Shown one piece after another: positions 37,883 to 51,553 of a stretch of 64,000 bases of DNA (its first letter is position 1; each line of letters begins with the position of its first letter). The notes under the pieces are model-generated. The model was not told the DNA's origin and ran no database searches. It saw only the letters and a program-made list of their open reading frames with translations. Source of the DNA: Narcine bancroftii (taxonomy: Eukaryota). A program made the position numbers and the translations under genes. The DNA is taken from contig NC_091470.1 of the NCBI RefSeq assembly GCF_036971445.1, positions 333,374,001 through 333,438,000 of the forward strand, read 5' to 3'.

Positions 37883-39004
37883 AGCACCCATTGCTTCACC
37901 ATGACCTCTTCCAAATGGGCACAGCCAGCTAATAAGACAGTTTATTAATCCATCAATTTCAACAATGTAGCTTTCTCCATTTGTTATACATATCAGGATC
38001 AACTGATAATATCCCTTTATTCAATGAACCTTTCACACAGAGAGTGGTCAGTAAATTGAATGATCAGCCGGTAAGAAGAGTAAAAATGCAACAGTTAAAA
38101 GACGTTTAGATAGTTATGGGAATAAGAAGGGTGTGGAGGGATATGGGACGAATGCAAGTAAATTGGACTAGCTTGAGTAGACAACATGATTGGCGTGGAC
38201 AAGTTGGAACGAAGGGCCTGATGACTGGGTGATCAAACTCTGGGATTCGAGACTCTGTTCATCCCTCCGGAACTGGATCCTCGACTTCCTCATCGGCAAA
38301 CCCCACTCAGTGTGGATAGGCAACATCACCTCCTCCTTGCTGATCATCAGCACAGGGGCACCTCGGGGCTGTGCACTTCGTCCCCTCCTCTATTCCCTCT
38401 AAACTCATGATTGTGCAGCCCAGATCAGCTCCACTTCAATCAATAAATTCAGAGACAGCACTGGATTGTGGGCCATATATTAATATAAATGATGAATCAG
38501 AATGTTGGATGGGGATCGAGAAACTGGTTGGGTGGAGATGGAACAACAATCTTGCTCTTAACATCAGCATGACCAAGGAGCTTGTTGTAGATGTTTCAGG
38601 ATGCTTTCGCAAGGCTGTTCTGCATTGATGGTTATTAGCCAACAGCATCCCTCCTGCTCCTTTTAAATGTATACCTCTGAAAGGGAATGTGTTATTAATA
38701 GTTGGTGGTATTGAAAAAAATTATGGTACTTTCATGCATTTATTCACATTCTTAGCTCAGCCTGTCTGCTGAGATTTTTCAGCATTTTCTATTTTAGTTG
38801 GGATAAACCAAATTCTTCCACACACTACAGAAAGATGTGAATCTACCTGGATATACCCCATTTTTGCTGTTACAGTGTAGTTCAGCTCAGCTGATTTGAA
38901 AATCTCTGCAGTCTTTCCATCAGGTATCCTGGGAGAATGTGCTGATAGTGCAGTATTTTCTGAAAGTCATCAAGCACACAATTAAATTTCCAATGACTCT
39001 CAAG

Positions 39005-39255
39005 TGGCACAGTTAGTGTAGCAGTCAACGCAACACCTTTACAGCACCAGCAATCAGGACTGGGGTTCGAATCCTGCACTGAATGTAAGGAGTTTGCTAT
39101 GTCTTCCGTGAGTCTGCCTGGGTTTTCCCCGGGGGCTATGGTTTCCTCCCTCCATTCAAAAAGTACCGGTGGGGGGGGGGTTTGTAGGTTAAATTGGGTG
39201 TAATTGTGTGGTCTGTTACCAAGCTGTATGTCTACATTTTTTCCTAATTAAAATT
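39005..39255 (+). mobile_element. tRNA-derived SINE
   Basis: ggcacagttagtgtagcagtc...ggggttcgaatcc A/B boxes and the family core. Confidence 0.75.
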
Positions 39256-42200
39256 TAGAAAAATTTTATGTTTTTAGAAAGATTAAAATTTAAAAATGTG
39301 AATTTATAAATTTAAACCCACCTTAATATTCTTCAGAGTCTAAGCAAAGGAAGGGTCCCCCGAAGCAATCACTTCCTTATTTTACATATAGCATCAATTC
39401 TTCATTACCGTAAGTATACCTAGTCATGATTTGTGACTAAAAAGGTAAAATAAAATGATTACATTAAACTAATGATGTTCATGTTTCACAGTCTTGTTCA
39501 TTTTGCAGCTTACAGATTGATACTCAAAAGCCCGCTAGAACAATGTAAAGCGAACCTACTCAAGACCTCTGACCTCTGTTACAGTATTTCTGATTTCAGA
39601 CATCACCACACTTTTCTTGAATAACAGGCTGAGTTTTTCAATAAACAGGATCTAAAGGACAGCATAGCACTATTGGTGTTGCTGGTTGAGTAGGTAGACT
39701 GGACTTGGATTGAGTCAGTGATATTGGAAACCCAAGATGATATACTTGTCTTCTAAGGGTTAAAAAGAGGTCCCACTCTTTGAAGATAAATTCTCAAGAA
39801 CAGAGCAGACCTAACACAAGCTGATTCCCAAGTTATGCTTGGCCAATGGAACCTCTGAGGAAAATGTTGATTCCTTGAGTGATTTGATGAGATCCAGAAT
39901 GCTTTTGGAGGATTAAGAATCACAAGATGTTATATCCTGCATTACCGAGTAGGCTTATTCACCTACCTGATCTGTTATGTGTCACTTGAATATGCAGTAC
40001 ATGGCATATTTCACATCCCTTAAAATTCTAAAACATTTTAGAGAGTGAGGCAATTTAAATCTGAGTACTGTCTTATTTTTATAATCAATTATCCATGCCC
40101 TTTCGGTCAGGAGTGCCAGCTCTTAAAGATGGGTCTGCCATTCAGAACAGAATATTCCTCTCTGTTCAGGAGGTGAGTGGAACTTAGTTGCTGAATATAC
40201 TCTTGGCATCTTTGGATAATAAATGATACCAGGGATGAAAACAGGAGAGGGCAGATCAGCCTCAATTTTAATGAATAGAGGAGCAGCCATTATTAAAATG
40301 TATTACTCATCTACTATTTCTTATGCTTTTTAAAAAATTTTATATTTATTGGATAATACCGTAATCTCAAAGAAGCAACATTCTCAGTTTTGAGAAGTGA
40401 ATATTCCCCTGGAAGAGATGAAAAGTCTGGTAAACCTCTCATCCAATAAAGAAAAAATAATTTGAAAATTCCTCCCTGCTTCCTTTAGCTGATTGCAAAT
40501 TTCCTCGATGTGAAGAATACTGTCTGATCTCTCCTGAACTATTCCCATAGTTTTTTGTTGATCTTTTTTTGTCTATAAATTGGATGCTAAAACTCGATCG
40601 TGGCGGCCTTTCAAAATGAATTCATCAGCAAGGACACCCTCAGACATGCTAAGGTTATAACGGACATACAGGTACATGAATGTAATCATTTGCAGCGATA
40701 TGGAGAATGAGATAAATGAGAGAGCTTTCTCAAATGGCTGGTCAACTGCTTCCATTAGTAAAGTAAAGTTGATTTTGCAACTACTTTTCAGGATTTCACA
40801 TGCAAAAAATAGGCCTTTTCACACACCCAAATGGAAGAATGTTAACCTCTTATGTTCCTGTAGGGTACTGACACCCATTGCACTTCTCCCTTACATTTTG
40901 TCCTTTGGGTGAGTATGACAAGATAAGTTAGACCACAGAATATTTTTGTGCAGTTGAGTTAAATTGAAATATTTTAAAATACCATGCGGCTACACCACAT
41001 TGCTTCCTGAGGAAGAGAATGACCTTTTCAGATAAAACATTTTTGACACTATTTAAGGAATGGCCACAATCATCAAGGATTTTTTTTTCTGAATTTGTAA
41101 TTAATTAGTGAATCTCAATCTTACCTCCAGTCCATGGACAGTGACAATGCTGGCATTACATAATTGATAAATGCTTAATGACATGGCACTAAGATTGATG
41201 GAGTTGTGAGCAGTGTAGAAGTCTATCAAACAAAATAAGGATATGGATCAGTGGCAGACATGGACAATGAAATAGCTGGTGGAGTTTAATCCAGATAATA
41301 GAGTTGTACTTTGGGAGGTCAAATGTAAGGAGAACATATATAGTTAAGGGCAGGACACTTAAAAAGCATTGATGTGGAGAGGGATCCAGGTCCATAACCT
41401 TTTGAAAGAGATGATGCAATTAAATAGGGCAGTAAATAAGGCATATAATATGCTTACCTTCAATAGGTGGGCATTGAGTACAAAAATAAAGAAGTCATGT
41501 CGTAATGATTTAAAACTTTGGTATAGGCTGCATTTTGACGACAGTATACAATTCTGGTCACCCCATTTGTGGTACGTTTGAGAGGATATTATCACAAGAG
41601 CCAGCCCCTCAGTGTCCATGGTGGGAGGGCTCTAAACACAAGAAGATTAAAAACATCCTTCAGCACAAACTTCTTCTCTCTGGAATGTGCTAATTTGCAC
41701 CATTCCGTTGCAGAGAACTCCTTGCTCTGGAGCATCAGAGAGATGCAGCCAGACTAAACCATATCTTTTATCCAAACTGGTAATCATCCAGGAACATAAG
41801 TTGCATAAATCCCACCATCTGCTTATGGGCACCAGATTCCTTCTCCCTCAGGGCTTTGAGGATATTTCTTGCAAATCACAGGAAGCAAAAATCAGAGATT
41901 AACATTTGCTGGAAATCTGACAATGTATCAAAAATTGTTGTCAACTCAGGCAGCAGGTGTATAATGAGAAGCGGAGTTAATGTTTCAGATCAAAGACCCT
42001 TTGATGTAACCGGAAAGAGAGAAAACAACTGAGTTTTAAGTTGCAGTGAAAGTAGGAGAGGGATAGGTTGGACAATTGGAAAAACTTTTATTGGGTGAGT
42101 TCAGGGTTGTTGTGACAGTATTTCCTTTGCCATCCATTCCTTCCTCATCACCCCAACCCCCGCAGCTAAAAGCTAACTTTTTTTTTCACTCTCATGTCTG

Positions 42201-43154
42201 ATGGAGATTTGAATTATTAATTCTCTTGCTTTGTCCACAAATGGATGTTTTCAGAATGCTTTCTTTTTTATTTCTACAGACCACTGCCTGATTAACAAAT
42301 GGTTAACTAGAATAGTGAAACTTGCTGCTCCATCAGTAACATTAGATAATATTTGAGTGGGTGGTGCACATCTGAACATTTTACCTCAAGTCCATAGGAG
42401 GGCAGGTGCTAAATGGTTGAAAGGAAGGTAAAGTGGCAAGGAGAAAGGAAGGGAGCAAAATCAGAAGGGAAAGGAGATAGTAGGGGTTAGGGTTAGCTCC
42501 TGAGGGGACTTGCGGGGTGGGGTGGGAGGGGGTGTCAGGCTGCAATTGTGGAGGCAGAGAGGTGGTCAATGTTTCAGGTTGAGACCTGCATCAGGACTGA
42601 GATTGTAAAGGGGAGATAGGTAGGAGCTGGCAAGATGAGGAAGGGGTTGATGGGCACATGGAAGCAGGTGAAGGTGTAAAAGGTGGAGATAGCGATAGAG
42701 AATGGGAGGTGATGAGTGGAGATGGCAAAGCTATGCAGAATATGGAATCTAATACGAGAAGAAGGTGATGAGTGGAACCTGAGAAGGGAGGAGTGGTGGG
42801 TAGATGGGAATAGTAGGGGGAGGGAGTAGGGAACCTAATGAGTTGAGTGTGTAGATGGAGCCAGGTGGGGTAGGGAGGAAAACTGGTTTACAAAGATCTG
42901 TAAGGGAGGGATTTGGATTCCTCTGATCTCCATAATATCAATATGAGATTTTTTAATATATCTACCGGTGTGGGGATGGGTCCTCAGTTCAACATTTTAT
43001 CTGGAAGAGAGCATCTTCCACAGTATACAGATTCTCCTGCAGAGCCACACATTCTTAGCACCACCCCTTCCACAATGCAGCAGTTCTTCAGCAATGGCTC
43101 TCCATGAGTGTAATACTGCCTCAGTAATGCTCTGTCACAGTGCAGTCCAACACA

Positions 43155-43365
43155 CAGTAAATAACACAAGAGGCTGGAGATTGAGTCACTGATCTACAGA
43201 CTTTTATTCACAAGGACAAGGACCTCATCCTGTGTGAGACCTGGGCTTTCTCAGGAAGGGTCAAGGTGATAGAGGCTTTATACAAGGTCAAAAGTGGGAG
43301 GGGCCACAAGTACAGTCACAGGATGGGACGGAACCTGGTAATCAGAAATACAGCAGTTCACCACA
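43155..43365 (-). mobile_element. Probable short solo LTR upstream of the myosin start
   Basis: The minus strand starts TGTGGTGAA and has TATAAA then AATAAA in LTR order. The left boundary is uncertain. Confidence 0.5.
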
Positions 43366-43748
43366 CAGTTGTCAGCTTATATTGTGTAGTCAGAACTAAC
43401 AGTTGGTTCAGAAGAAATAGTGACAGGGAAGAAGCAAAAAAATTGAAGGGGGAAATAAAAAACTGAAACTACAAAAATAAAATGAAACCTTTTAATTTAG
43501 CATTGCTTTAACAACCCCAAGTTCCTGATTCAATAAGTTTAATGTATGTCAAACAACATTGGCTTGAGGTGTTTGAGGGGAAATTGAACTAACCACATAC
43601 GGTGACTTGGTGAGTAGCCTCCCACTGATTGGAAACTCAGTGTCTTCCGGATGATTGTAACATTTACCACTGCATTTAGAGGAAGAAGACAGGGCTGAGC
43701 TCATACCACTTCCTAAGGAGGACGCTCACGCCCTGCTTTTCAAAGAGA

Positions 43749-43843
43749 ATGGCTGAGCAAGAGAGTTTGGAGTACGGCAAAGCTGATTTCGTCTTATTGG
43801 ACAATCTTACCACAGAGGAATTCCTGGTAAATTTGAAAGTGAG
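43749..43843 (+). CDS. myo1g: Unconventional myosin I (MYO1D/G subclass, probably MYO1G), coding exon 1
   Basis: [31 protein letters not shown]+AG, 95 nt, donor GTAAGA. Not in the ORF track. Paralogue assignment (1G vs 1D) is uncertain. Confidence 0.9.
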
Positions 43844-46800
43844 GTAAGAGCCGAGATGGGGAGGAAACCAATGGGCGAAGCAAAGGGGAATGGAAAGGAG
43901 TTCAAATTCTGCTTTCCTCCCAATGAAAGCATACAAAGACAAAAAACAAAGGACATGAGATATGTAAGAAGAGCATTGACGTGGTCCAGTCAGGCTAGGT
44001 AGAGGGCACCATATTTTGAGTCTGATCCAGAAGAGAATGTGACAAGATATTGCTGATCAGGGTAGGAGATCAAAGGCTCAGAGGATCTACATTTGTTCTT
44101 AAATATCTATCTGGGGAAATTAGTTTTAAAAGGGTCAAATGACCTTTTAATTGTCAACCATGGCTCATAGTTGCTGTTTCTGTGTAAAAATGCAGTTCCA
44201 AACTCTGCTCCAGAAACATGTGTGTGCACACTCCACACATGGGTTGTGGGGAATTAGTGGTTGAGTTACCAGACTGTCAGTTAGAGTTCTACACTCTTGA
44301 TCCAAAGGCATATAATCCTAACATAGCAGCGGAGGAATGTGACCCAAGCTGGGCATCAGTGAACAGGTTGCTTATAAATAACTGGCACCATTGTTGATGG
44401 CTCCTTCCATCAATTTGAGAATGGGCTGATTGGGTGGTAATTAACAGGACTGGATGTGCCTGTTTATTTGTGAGTTGAATATACTTAAGCAAATTTCCAC
44501 ATTGGCAGATTAATGCCAGTGCTGTAACTGTACTGAAAAATCCTGGCTGGAGGTACAGATAGTTCAGGTCTTCAGTACTACAGTCGGGATGTTGACTGGA
44601 CCCATTATAATTACCTGATCCGGAGTTGTCAGCCATTGCTTGACATCATGAAACTTGTAGAAAATAAATTTTGTCATGGTACACATACCAGGAGGGAGTC
44701 GAGATAGTTCAAGGTTCATTTTATTGTTGCATAATAATAATATGAGCAATATGTCTTAACCCAATTAACCCCACTCTAAATATCTATAGCAAATATACAG
44801 ATATCAGATATTTATAAACAGTGTGTATGTGGAAAAACCCAGACCATTACAATATGTGCCCAATATTCAAAAAGAAATTTCCCCCCAAAAAAACCCAGAT
44901 CAGTCAGTCAAGTAAGTCAGTCCAAAAGCAGTCCACAGAATTCACTCTCAAAGTTCAATGTCCAAGCTCAGTTCTTTAACTGATAACAAAGCATGTCGTA
45001 TTGGACGTTGGAGAGAGAAATGACTGATGTTGCGTTGTAGTAAACTTATGAATCCTCATTTATGAGGCATGTACATTTGACTCAGCTCTTCAGCTGCCCT
45101 CTGCTGTTCCAACTGCTGGATTCTCCCTTTGTTCTCAAAAGTTCCAAGCAATTGACGAGTAAGCACTCAGCTCTACCACAGGTTGCACAGAGTTCTTTGC
45201 AGAAATCCATCCCTTAGAATGACAGTCCCCAGTCCAAAAAGTCAGTGCATGGTCCATAACAATAAAAATGCAATTTACATGATATACTTGAACTTTTGCC
45301 TGCATTAATGCAGAGTCACCATGAATATTGTCCAGTGTCCCTAACAATTCTGAGAAAGAGAACCAAAACTTTTACTGTAAAAGAGTCCCTTCAGAGGCAC
45401 TGATTCGCCTCTCATGATCCTGCAACCTCTGCAGCCACACAGACTCCTGTTCAATTGATTCATTTGCAACCTGAGCTTCAGGCCCAAACCTCCGTCGCAG
45501 CCAGGAAGTGTTCAGTGCCCGAGGCCCTTTGATGCCCCTTTCTTTCCCTCAGCACCCTCTAGCATCCCAGTTCTGATACCTGGTTTCCACAAGCCAGCCT
45601 CCAGCCTGTCTATTGCCTGTGTGGGTCCTTTGACCACATCGACAACAGCCAGCAGCTGAAAGCACAGTGCTGTCATATAATGATCTGAATAATTCAAAAA
45701 TTGCTCACAATCAGCATGGAACAGCTGTATGAACATTCCACACATGCCCTTGGTATTTCTGCCATCTTAGAGAGGAGTGATCCACTTGCCACGTTTGGCT
45801 GGATATGTTGCAAATGCTTCAGCCTCATCTTTAGGATATGGATGATGCACCCTTCCATTGACAAAGGTATGGGTAATCTTGGACTTTTCCCCTCCTCCTA
45901 TTAATTATTTAATTATCCACCAGGCAGGATTGAAAATATCTGGCCTGATACGCTGGTTGTTGGATAACTCAATTCTATTGTTGTTTCCACTGTTTTTGCT
46001 GCTTTGCTACTTTGTATGTAGTTACATATTGAAGCTTTGCCAGATTACTGTTTTAATTTAATGCATGTCCAGTTTTCTCCTGCATAGTTTCAAGTGAAAG
46101 AAATTAGTTGCGTTCTTTCTGAGGCAATTGAACCATTTTTAAAATGATGCATGCTCGAATGCAAATGTGGTCTCGTGGAAGCCTTACGGAATCACAGCAA
46201 GGACTTCTTCCCCCTTGCAACCCCTGGTCCTGAACCCCACTGGAAATAAAAGCCAACACACCAGCTGCCTTCCCAATTGTATCTTCTTGAAAATTTGCAA
46301 TAGACAAAAATGCTCGAGAAACTCAGCAGGTCACACGGCGTCCAAAGGAAGAAAATGTCTATAACCAATGTTTCAGGACTGAGCCTTCGTCAAGATATCT
46401 TGACAGAGGGCTCAGGCCAAAACGTTGGTTAGATACCTTTTCATTGCTTTGGACGCTGCATGAGCTGCTGAGTTTCTCCAGTACTACAAATACAGCATTT
46501 GCGGAATTTCCTTGCTTAACTTGTAAATTTGCCGTTTCATGAACCACATCACCCAGATGTCTCCAAACTCAATCATTTACTGGCTTCTCATAATTTGAAA
46601 AATCTATGTTTCTTTGTCTTTCTACTGAAATGAAACACCTCATATTTTTTCATCCTTTAGCCTCTTTCTATTTACTTCACTCACCCATCAGTATTCTAAA
46701 GTAGAGTCCTTGTATCCACTTCACAATTCAGTTTCCACTGAGCATTATATAGTTAGCAAAATTGCACACAATATACCCGGTCCCTTCATCAACCTCATTA

Positions 46801-46849
46801 ATGGAGTCAGTAAAAGACAATAGGCCTGAGTAGTCATGCCAAAAATCTT

Positions 46850-47126
46850 TTCTTTGACTTGGCTTCGCGGACGAAGATTTATTTCTTTTGAGGGGGAGGA
46901 CGTGGACCTGTCCTTGGGCCTGTGCAAAGAGGTTTTAGGTGGAGTGCAGTGTGCGCAGTACTGGCCCCACCCTTTACACCCATGGTTCGTGTGCCGTGGC
47001 CAAGCAAGCTGGGACGTGGCAGCGAGGTCCTTGAGTCGTAGGTTTTATATCGGAGTGACCTTCTCCTATGCAGGTTGCTTAACCGGGCTGAAGAGGCCTG
47101 CCTCCCCTTTTAGGTCGAACCATTTC
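46850..47126. mobile_element. CpG-rich LINE fragment (RTE-like)
   Basis: ttggcttcgcggacgaagatttat and gagtgaccttctcctatgcaggttgcttaacc resemble RTE-clade terminal sequences (recalled). Confidence 0.45.
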
Positions 47127-47250
47127 TGGACCAACCCATTCACCGAGCAGTCCAGATTTTAGGATTTTTACTTTTACATTTCAGAAATGCCAAAAATATG
47201 TAAAAGTAAAGATCCTAAAATCTGGACTGCTCGGTGAATGGGTTGGTCCA
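47127..47250. repeat. Near-perfect inverted repeat: 53-bp arms, 1 mismatch, 18-nt spacer
   Basis: 47127-47179 is the reverse complement of 47198-47250. Confidence 0.95.
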
Positions 47251-47673
47251 TATTTTCAGATATACCAGATTTTCGGACAGTACTTTTAAAATTCAAATTT
47301 CAGGAAGAATAAAGAAGAGATGAACAGGTAACTTACTTGTTTATTCACTAGCAAATACAGCTTGCTTCATTTATCAAAACGAGCAGTTTTAAAGAAAAAT
47401 AAAGTCAACACTTGTCAAAAATATAAACATATTTTTTCACTACAAGAAATTATGTTTAAAAATTAAAATTGTAAAAGAAAAATGAATACAAATTAATTTC
47501 TATGTGACAGGATTACCTGTATTAAGCGTAGTCGCTTGTTGTCACTGTGTATCTGTGCCGTTTATGCATGCATTCACACATACACACAAAAGCCCCCTAA
47601 ATTAAAAAAGTTTGAGAGTCCAGATTCTCAAGTGGTCCAGATTTCTGACATCCAGATTTTGGGACTTTTACTG
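47204..47673. mobile_element. MITE (pogo/Tigger-like) with terminal inverted repeats
   Basis: Left end agtaaagatcctaaaatctgga matches right end tccagattttgggacttttactg. Subterminal ccagattt repeats and an AT-rich core. Confidence 0.6.
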
Positions 47674-48204
47674 CACCATGAAAATGATCAGCTCATTCCC
47701 ACACTGATTATTGCCTTCTAATCAATCCTTTATCCTTCATGACCCCAATAGAACAATAGCACAATAAGGACGAGAGGATTTTAATTTTAAACTTGGAAAA
47801 GAGATGCCTGAGAACTGATCCAAGAGAGGGTTTGAGAATATAAATGCTTGGGGCAAAATTAATTTTGTATGTTCTCTAAATTAAATGGTGCAAATTGGTC
47901 AAGAGTTCGCAGGTTAAAATTAGTGAAAGGTGACTTCAGCACATACGAGCTAGCTCTTCATGCAGTGAATAATCAATATTGGGAATGAACTTCTGAAAGA
48001 GTTATGAAAATGATCATTGACTAGAAGCCTGATGGAGGGTTGGATGGATCTATTAAAGTCAACCATGCAGCTTTCCATCCCAAAAGTTTTCTTGATTTTG
48101 CATTCAATGAAGACAGAGACAAGATAAAGGTATACTGTTCAGGTAATAATCAGCTTGAGTATTAAATGCCAGTGGTTTATAAATTTACATGTTTTACTTT
48201 GCTA

Positions 48205-49230
48205 AAGAAGGCTTGCAGATGATATGAAGGTTGGTCGGGTTGAAGGTTGTTTTGTTATCGGTTACAACAGGATGCAGAGTTGGGCAAAAAAGTGGCAGAT
48301 GGAGATCAATCTGGATAAGTGTGGTAGGCCAAACTTAAAGGAGGAGTACATGGTTGATGGTAGAATACTTAACAGTGTTGATGAACAGAAGGACCTTGGG
48401 GTCCAAATCCATATATCTCTTAAGGCTGCCACTCAGGTTGATAGGACAGTTAAGATGGCCTATAGGATGCGAGGCTACATTAATCAGTGGATTATGTTCA
48501 GGAGCCTGAGCTAATGCTGCAATTCTATAAATCTTTGGTGAAACCACACTTAGATTATTGTGTTTAGTTCTGGTCACCTCATTACAGGAAAGATGTGGAA
48601 GCTATGGAAAGGCTACAGAGAATGTTGCTTGGATTGGATTGGAGCAAAGAAGGATGAGAGGTGACTTAACAGGGAATGTAGCACCGCTAAAGGCAGAGCT
48701 GCTGAAAGAAATGCTGCCCACACCAAGCAAGTAAACCAGTACCTGCCATTTAATTAAACCATGCATGTTGGGGAGGCAACAGGCTCGCGGGAGTGATGTC
48801 ATTATGCTGCTGTGAGGCCTGGCCATTCCCCTGGCAACGCGCTCCTGCAGCTTGGAATTTTCGCGCAGTGAGGGGAAAGCCCCTGTGCTCTGCCGCGCTA
48901 GTTGTTTGCTACGGCGATTCAGCCCGTCGTGTGCAGAGTTGACCCAGCCCGATACAAGATCTACAAGATTATGAAAGGCATAAATGTAGCCAGTCAGCAT
49001 CTTTTTCCCAGGGTGAGAGGACATCTGAACAAAGTGAAGGGAGGAAAGTTTAGGGGGTAAGTTTTTTTACCGAGAGTTGTGGGTACCTGGTAGTGGAGGC
49101 TGGAACAATAGGGAGATTTAAGATATGAAAGAAAAATAGAGTAGGGCGGGTTAGTTAATTCTTGTACGTATATGTATGGGTCAGCACAACATTGTGGGCT
49201 GAGGGGGCTATATTGTGCTATAGTGTTCTA
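48205..49230 (+). mobile_element. CR1 3' fragment interrupted by a ~280-bp GC-rich insert (about 48673-48955)
   Basis: MQSWAKKWQMEINLDKC...QKDLGVQIH motifs. The CR1 sequence gaggtgacttaa...ctacaagattatgaa is split by unrelated CpG-rich sequence. Confidence 0.7.
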
Positions 49231-49333
49231 TATTTATAAACAATTTGTATGATTGGGCAAACTTTGAGAAGAATATTTGTTGCCACAAAGCCCATTCAGA
49301 GTCAAATTGCATCATTGTTTTCCTCTCCTATAG

Positions 49334-49542
49334 GTTTGATAAGAATAGAATCTACACCTACATCGGAGAGGTAGTTGTCTCAGTAAATCCATATCAACAG
49401 ATTGATTTATATGGGAGAGACATGATTGAGCACTACAAAGGAAGGGAGCTATATGAAAGACCACCACACCTGTATGCCATTGCTGATGCAGCTTATAAAG
49501 CTATGAAGAGGAGAGCAAAGGACACTTGCATTGTCATATCAG
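49334..49542 (+). CDS. myo1g: Myosin I exon 2 (motor domain)
   Basis: [27 protein letters not shown]...[29 protein letters not shown], 209 nt, canonical AG/GT with matching phases. Confidence 0.95.
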
Positions 49543-51385
49543 GTGAGAGCCAAGGTTGTCGTAACATCAAGTTAATTTACAGGTGATCAAGGACATCCAC
49601 ACTATGCCATCTGTACAGGGAAGAGCTGGTGTGATATATGTGGTAACTCTTGGAATTAATTTGAGCCAAATTTATTGTGAGTGAGATAGTTTTTATTTTG
49701 AATGCGGGAAGGGATAGTAAGGCTAAGGAAGGTTTCAAATAGATTTCCAGAGTACATGCTTTGTGAGACATTCACATTAATTGAAAGTGCCCTCATTACT
49801 GATTCAGTAATTGGATGACTCTCCTGGCATAATGATTGAAATCAATGAGGTACTTGTATTAATGACATGAATTAATTGCCTTTTGGTGTATTTTGTGAGG
49901 CGTTTTGATTACCTTTGTATGTTGGATTTGCAAAGCGACATTCACTGCTTTTTACTTCACTCAGTTTCTCAATATCAGCCATTGTGTATCCAAGACAAAA
50001 TACAAGGGATGGGAGTGCTAGAAAGTTTTGGGGATGAACAGGAGGGTAAAGCAGAAGTAAAACACTGTGGCAATAGAAACAGGACCAGGCCATTGAGCTT
50101 CCCCAGCCTATTCTATTCTTCACTAATATACAGATAATCTGTACCTTAACCTACGTTGCACATGTACCTGAATATTCTCCAGATTTCTTAATTAGATGCT
50201 GGAGTTATACTCACCTTTTAGTTCGATGAAGTTGGACATCGGACTGCAGCGAGTCGTGCGATGCAGGTGAGAGTGGTGAGCAGGAGCCGATTCAGGCAGA
50301 TCCTACGGATTCATGAAGGACTCAATCACTGAAGAAAATGGAGCTCCGGATGTGGCCTAGTGGAAGGGTCGAGCTGCTTGTGTCGTGGTAGTCCGGCAGT
50401 TTTCAGACTTATTCAGGTCATTGCTGGGGTTCCTGGATTGAATGACGAGGACCAAAGGTGGAGCAGCAGGGCCAGTGAGATGTCCGGGTGCAATCGGAAG
50501 CTGTGGAGCCTTGCCAGAATTGAAGGACTCAGAAGCGCTCTTCCCTGGATCTTGTGTCGACTATAGAGGTCTGGAGGTTACTTTGTTCTGGGCCCCTTGA
50601 TGTCCGATGCAGGAGTTCGAGAAGCTCTATGAACTGTGACTGCGTGGTGTATACTCTTCCAATTTCAGTGGACTTTATAACATCTGTTTCACAGGGAGTC
50701 ATTGAACTTGACTTGGGATGGCGGCGCAAATAATCCGCAGCGGCTTCAGAGATTAGGGGAAGTGTTCTCCATCTGAATGGTGGACATTTTAACATCTTAT
50801 TTCAACCTGATTTACTGTACCATTTCTAAACTGATCATGTGATACTGTATTGCTGGGCAGCTTTTGTAACTGTAAACTCATTTTTTTGTGTTTCGTTGGT
50901 TAGTTTTACTAGACCATAACAATAAAGTGAATCATCCTCATCGTCTAGCAAGACTTTATCATTGCATTTTAGAGGAAGTTTCAAATATCTGCTATCTTCG
51001 TATGTGAAAAGAGTTTTCTGATTTCCCTTCTAAATACCCTTCCTCTAATTTTAAGGCCCTTTGTTCTATTTTATCTCACTGGAGGATCTTGATTCTTGGT
51101 GGTACACAAATTCAGCATTTATGGTAATTAATAAGCACTTTCAAATATCTTCTATCATTTCTCCAATTGATGAGAATAGCGGTGAGAATAGTTTAATCTT
51201 GTTTCTTGGAGCTGAACAATTTTTCATGTTGTCCTTCTAAACACCAATAGTTCATGCTCTTCAGAAACAGTTTAGCTAAAGGCCAAGTTACATCTGGCTC
51301 ACACATCATTAGGCATTTCAGCGAGAACGTGTCTGGAGTTCTGGCCCTCACTTCGGCCAGGGTCCTCACTCAATTCTTTCTTTTT

Positions 51386-51553
51386 NNNNNNNNNNNNNNN
51401 NNNNNNNNNNNNNNNNNNNNNNNNNNNNNNNNNNNNNNNNNNNNNNNNNNNNNNNNNNNNNNNNNNNNNNNNNNNNNNNNNNNNNNNNNNNNNNNNNNNN
51501 NNNNNNNNNNNNNNNNNNNNNNNNNNNNNNNNNNNNNNNNNNNNNNNNNNNNN
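51386..51553. other. Assembly gap (168 N)
   Basis: Run of N following a T tract. Confidence 1.

Noticed and set aside
39500-40912. Non-repeat stretches and short ORFs between the two genes
   Set aside because: Translations show no recognisable family or consistent splice frame.
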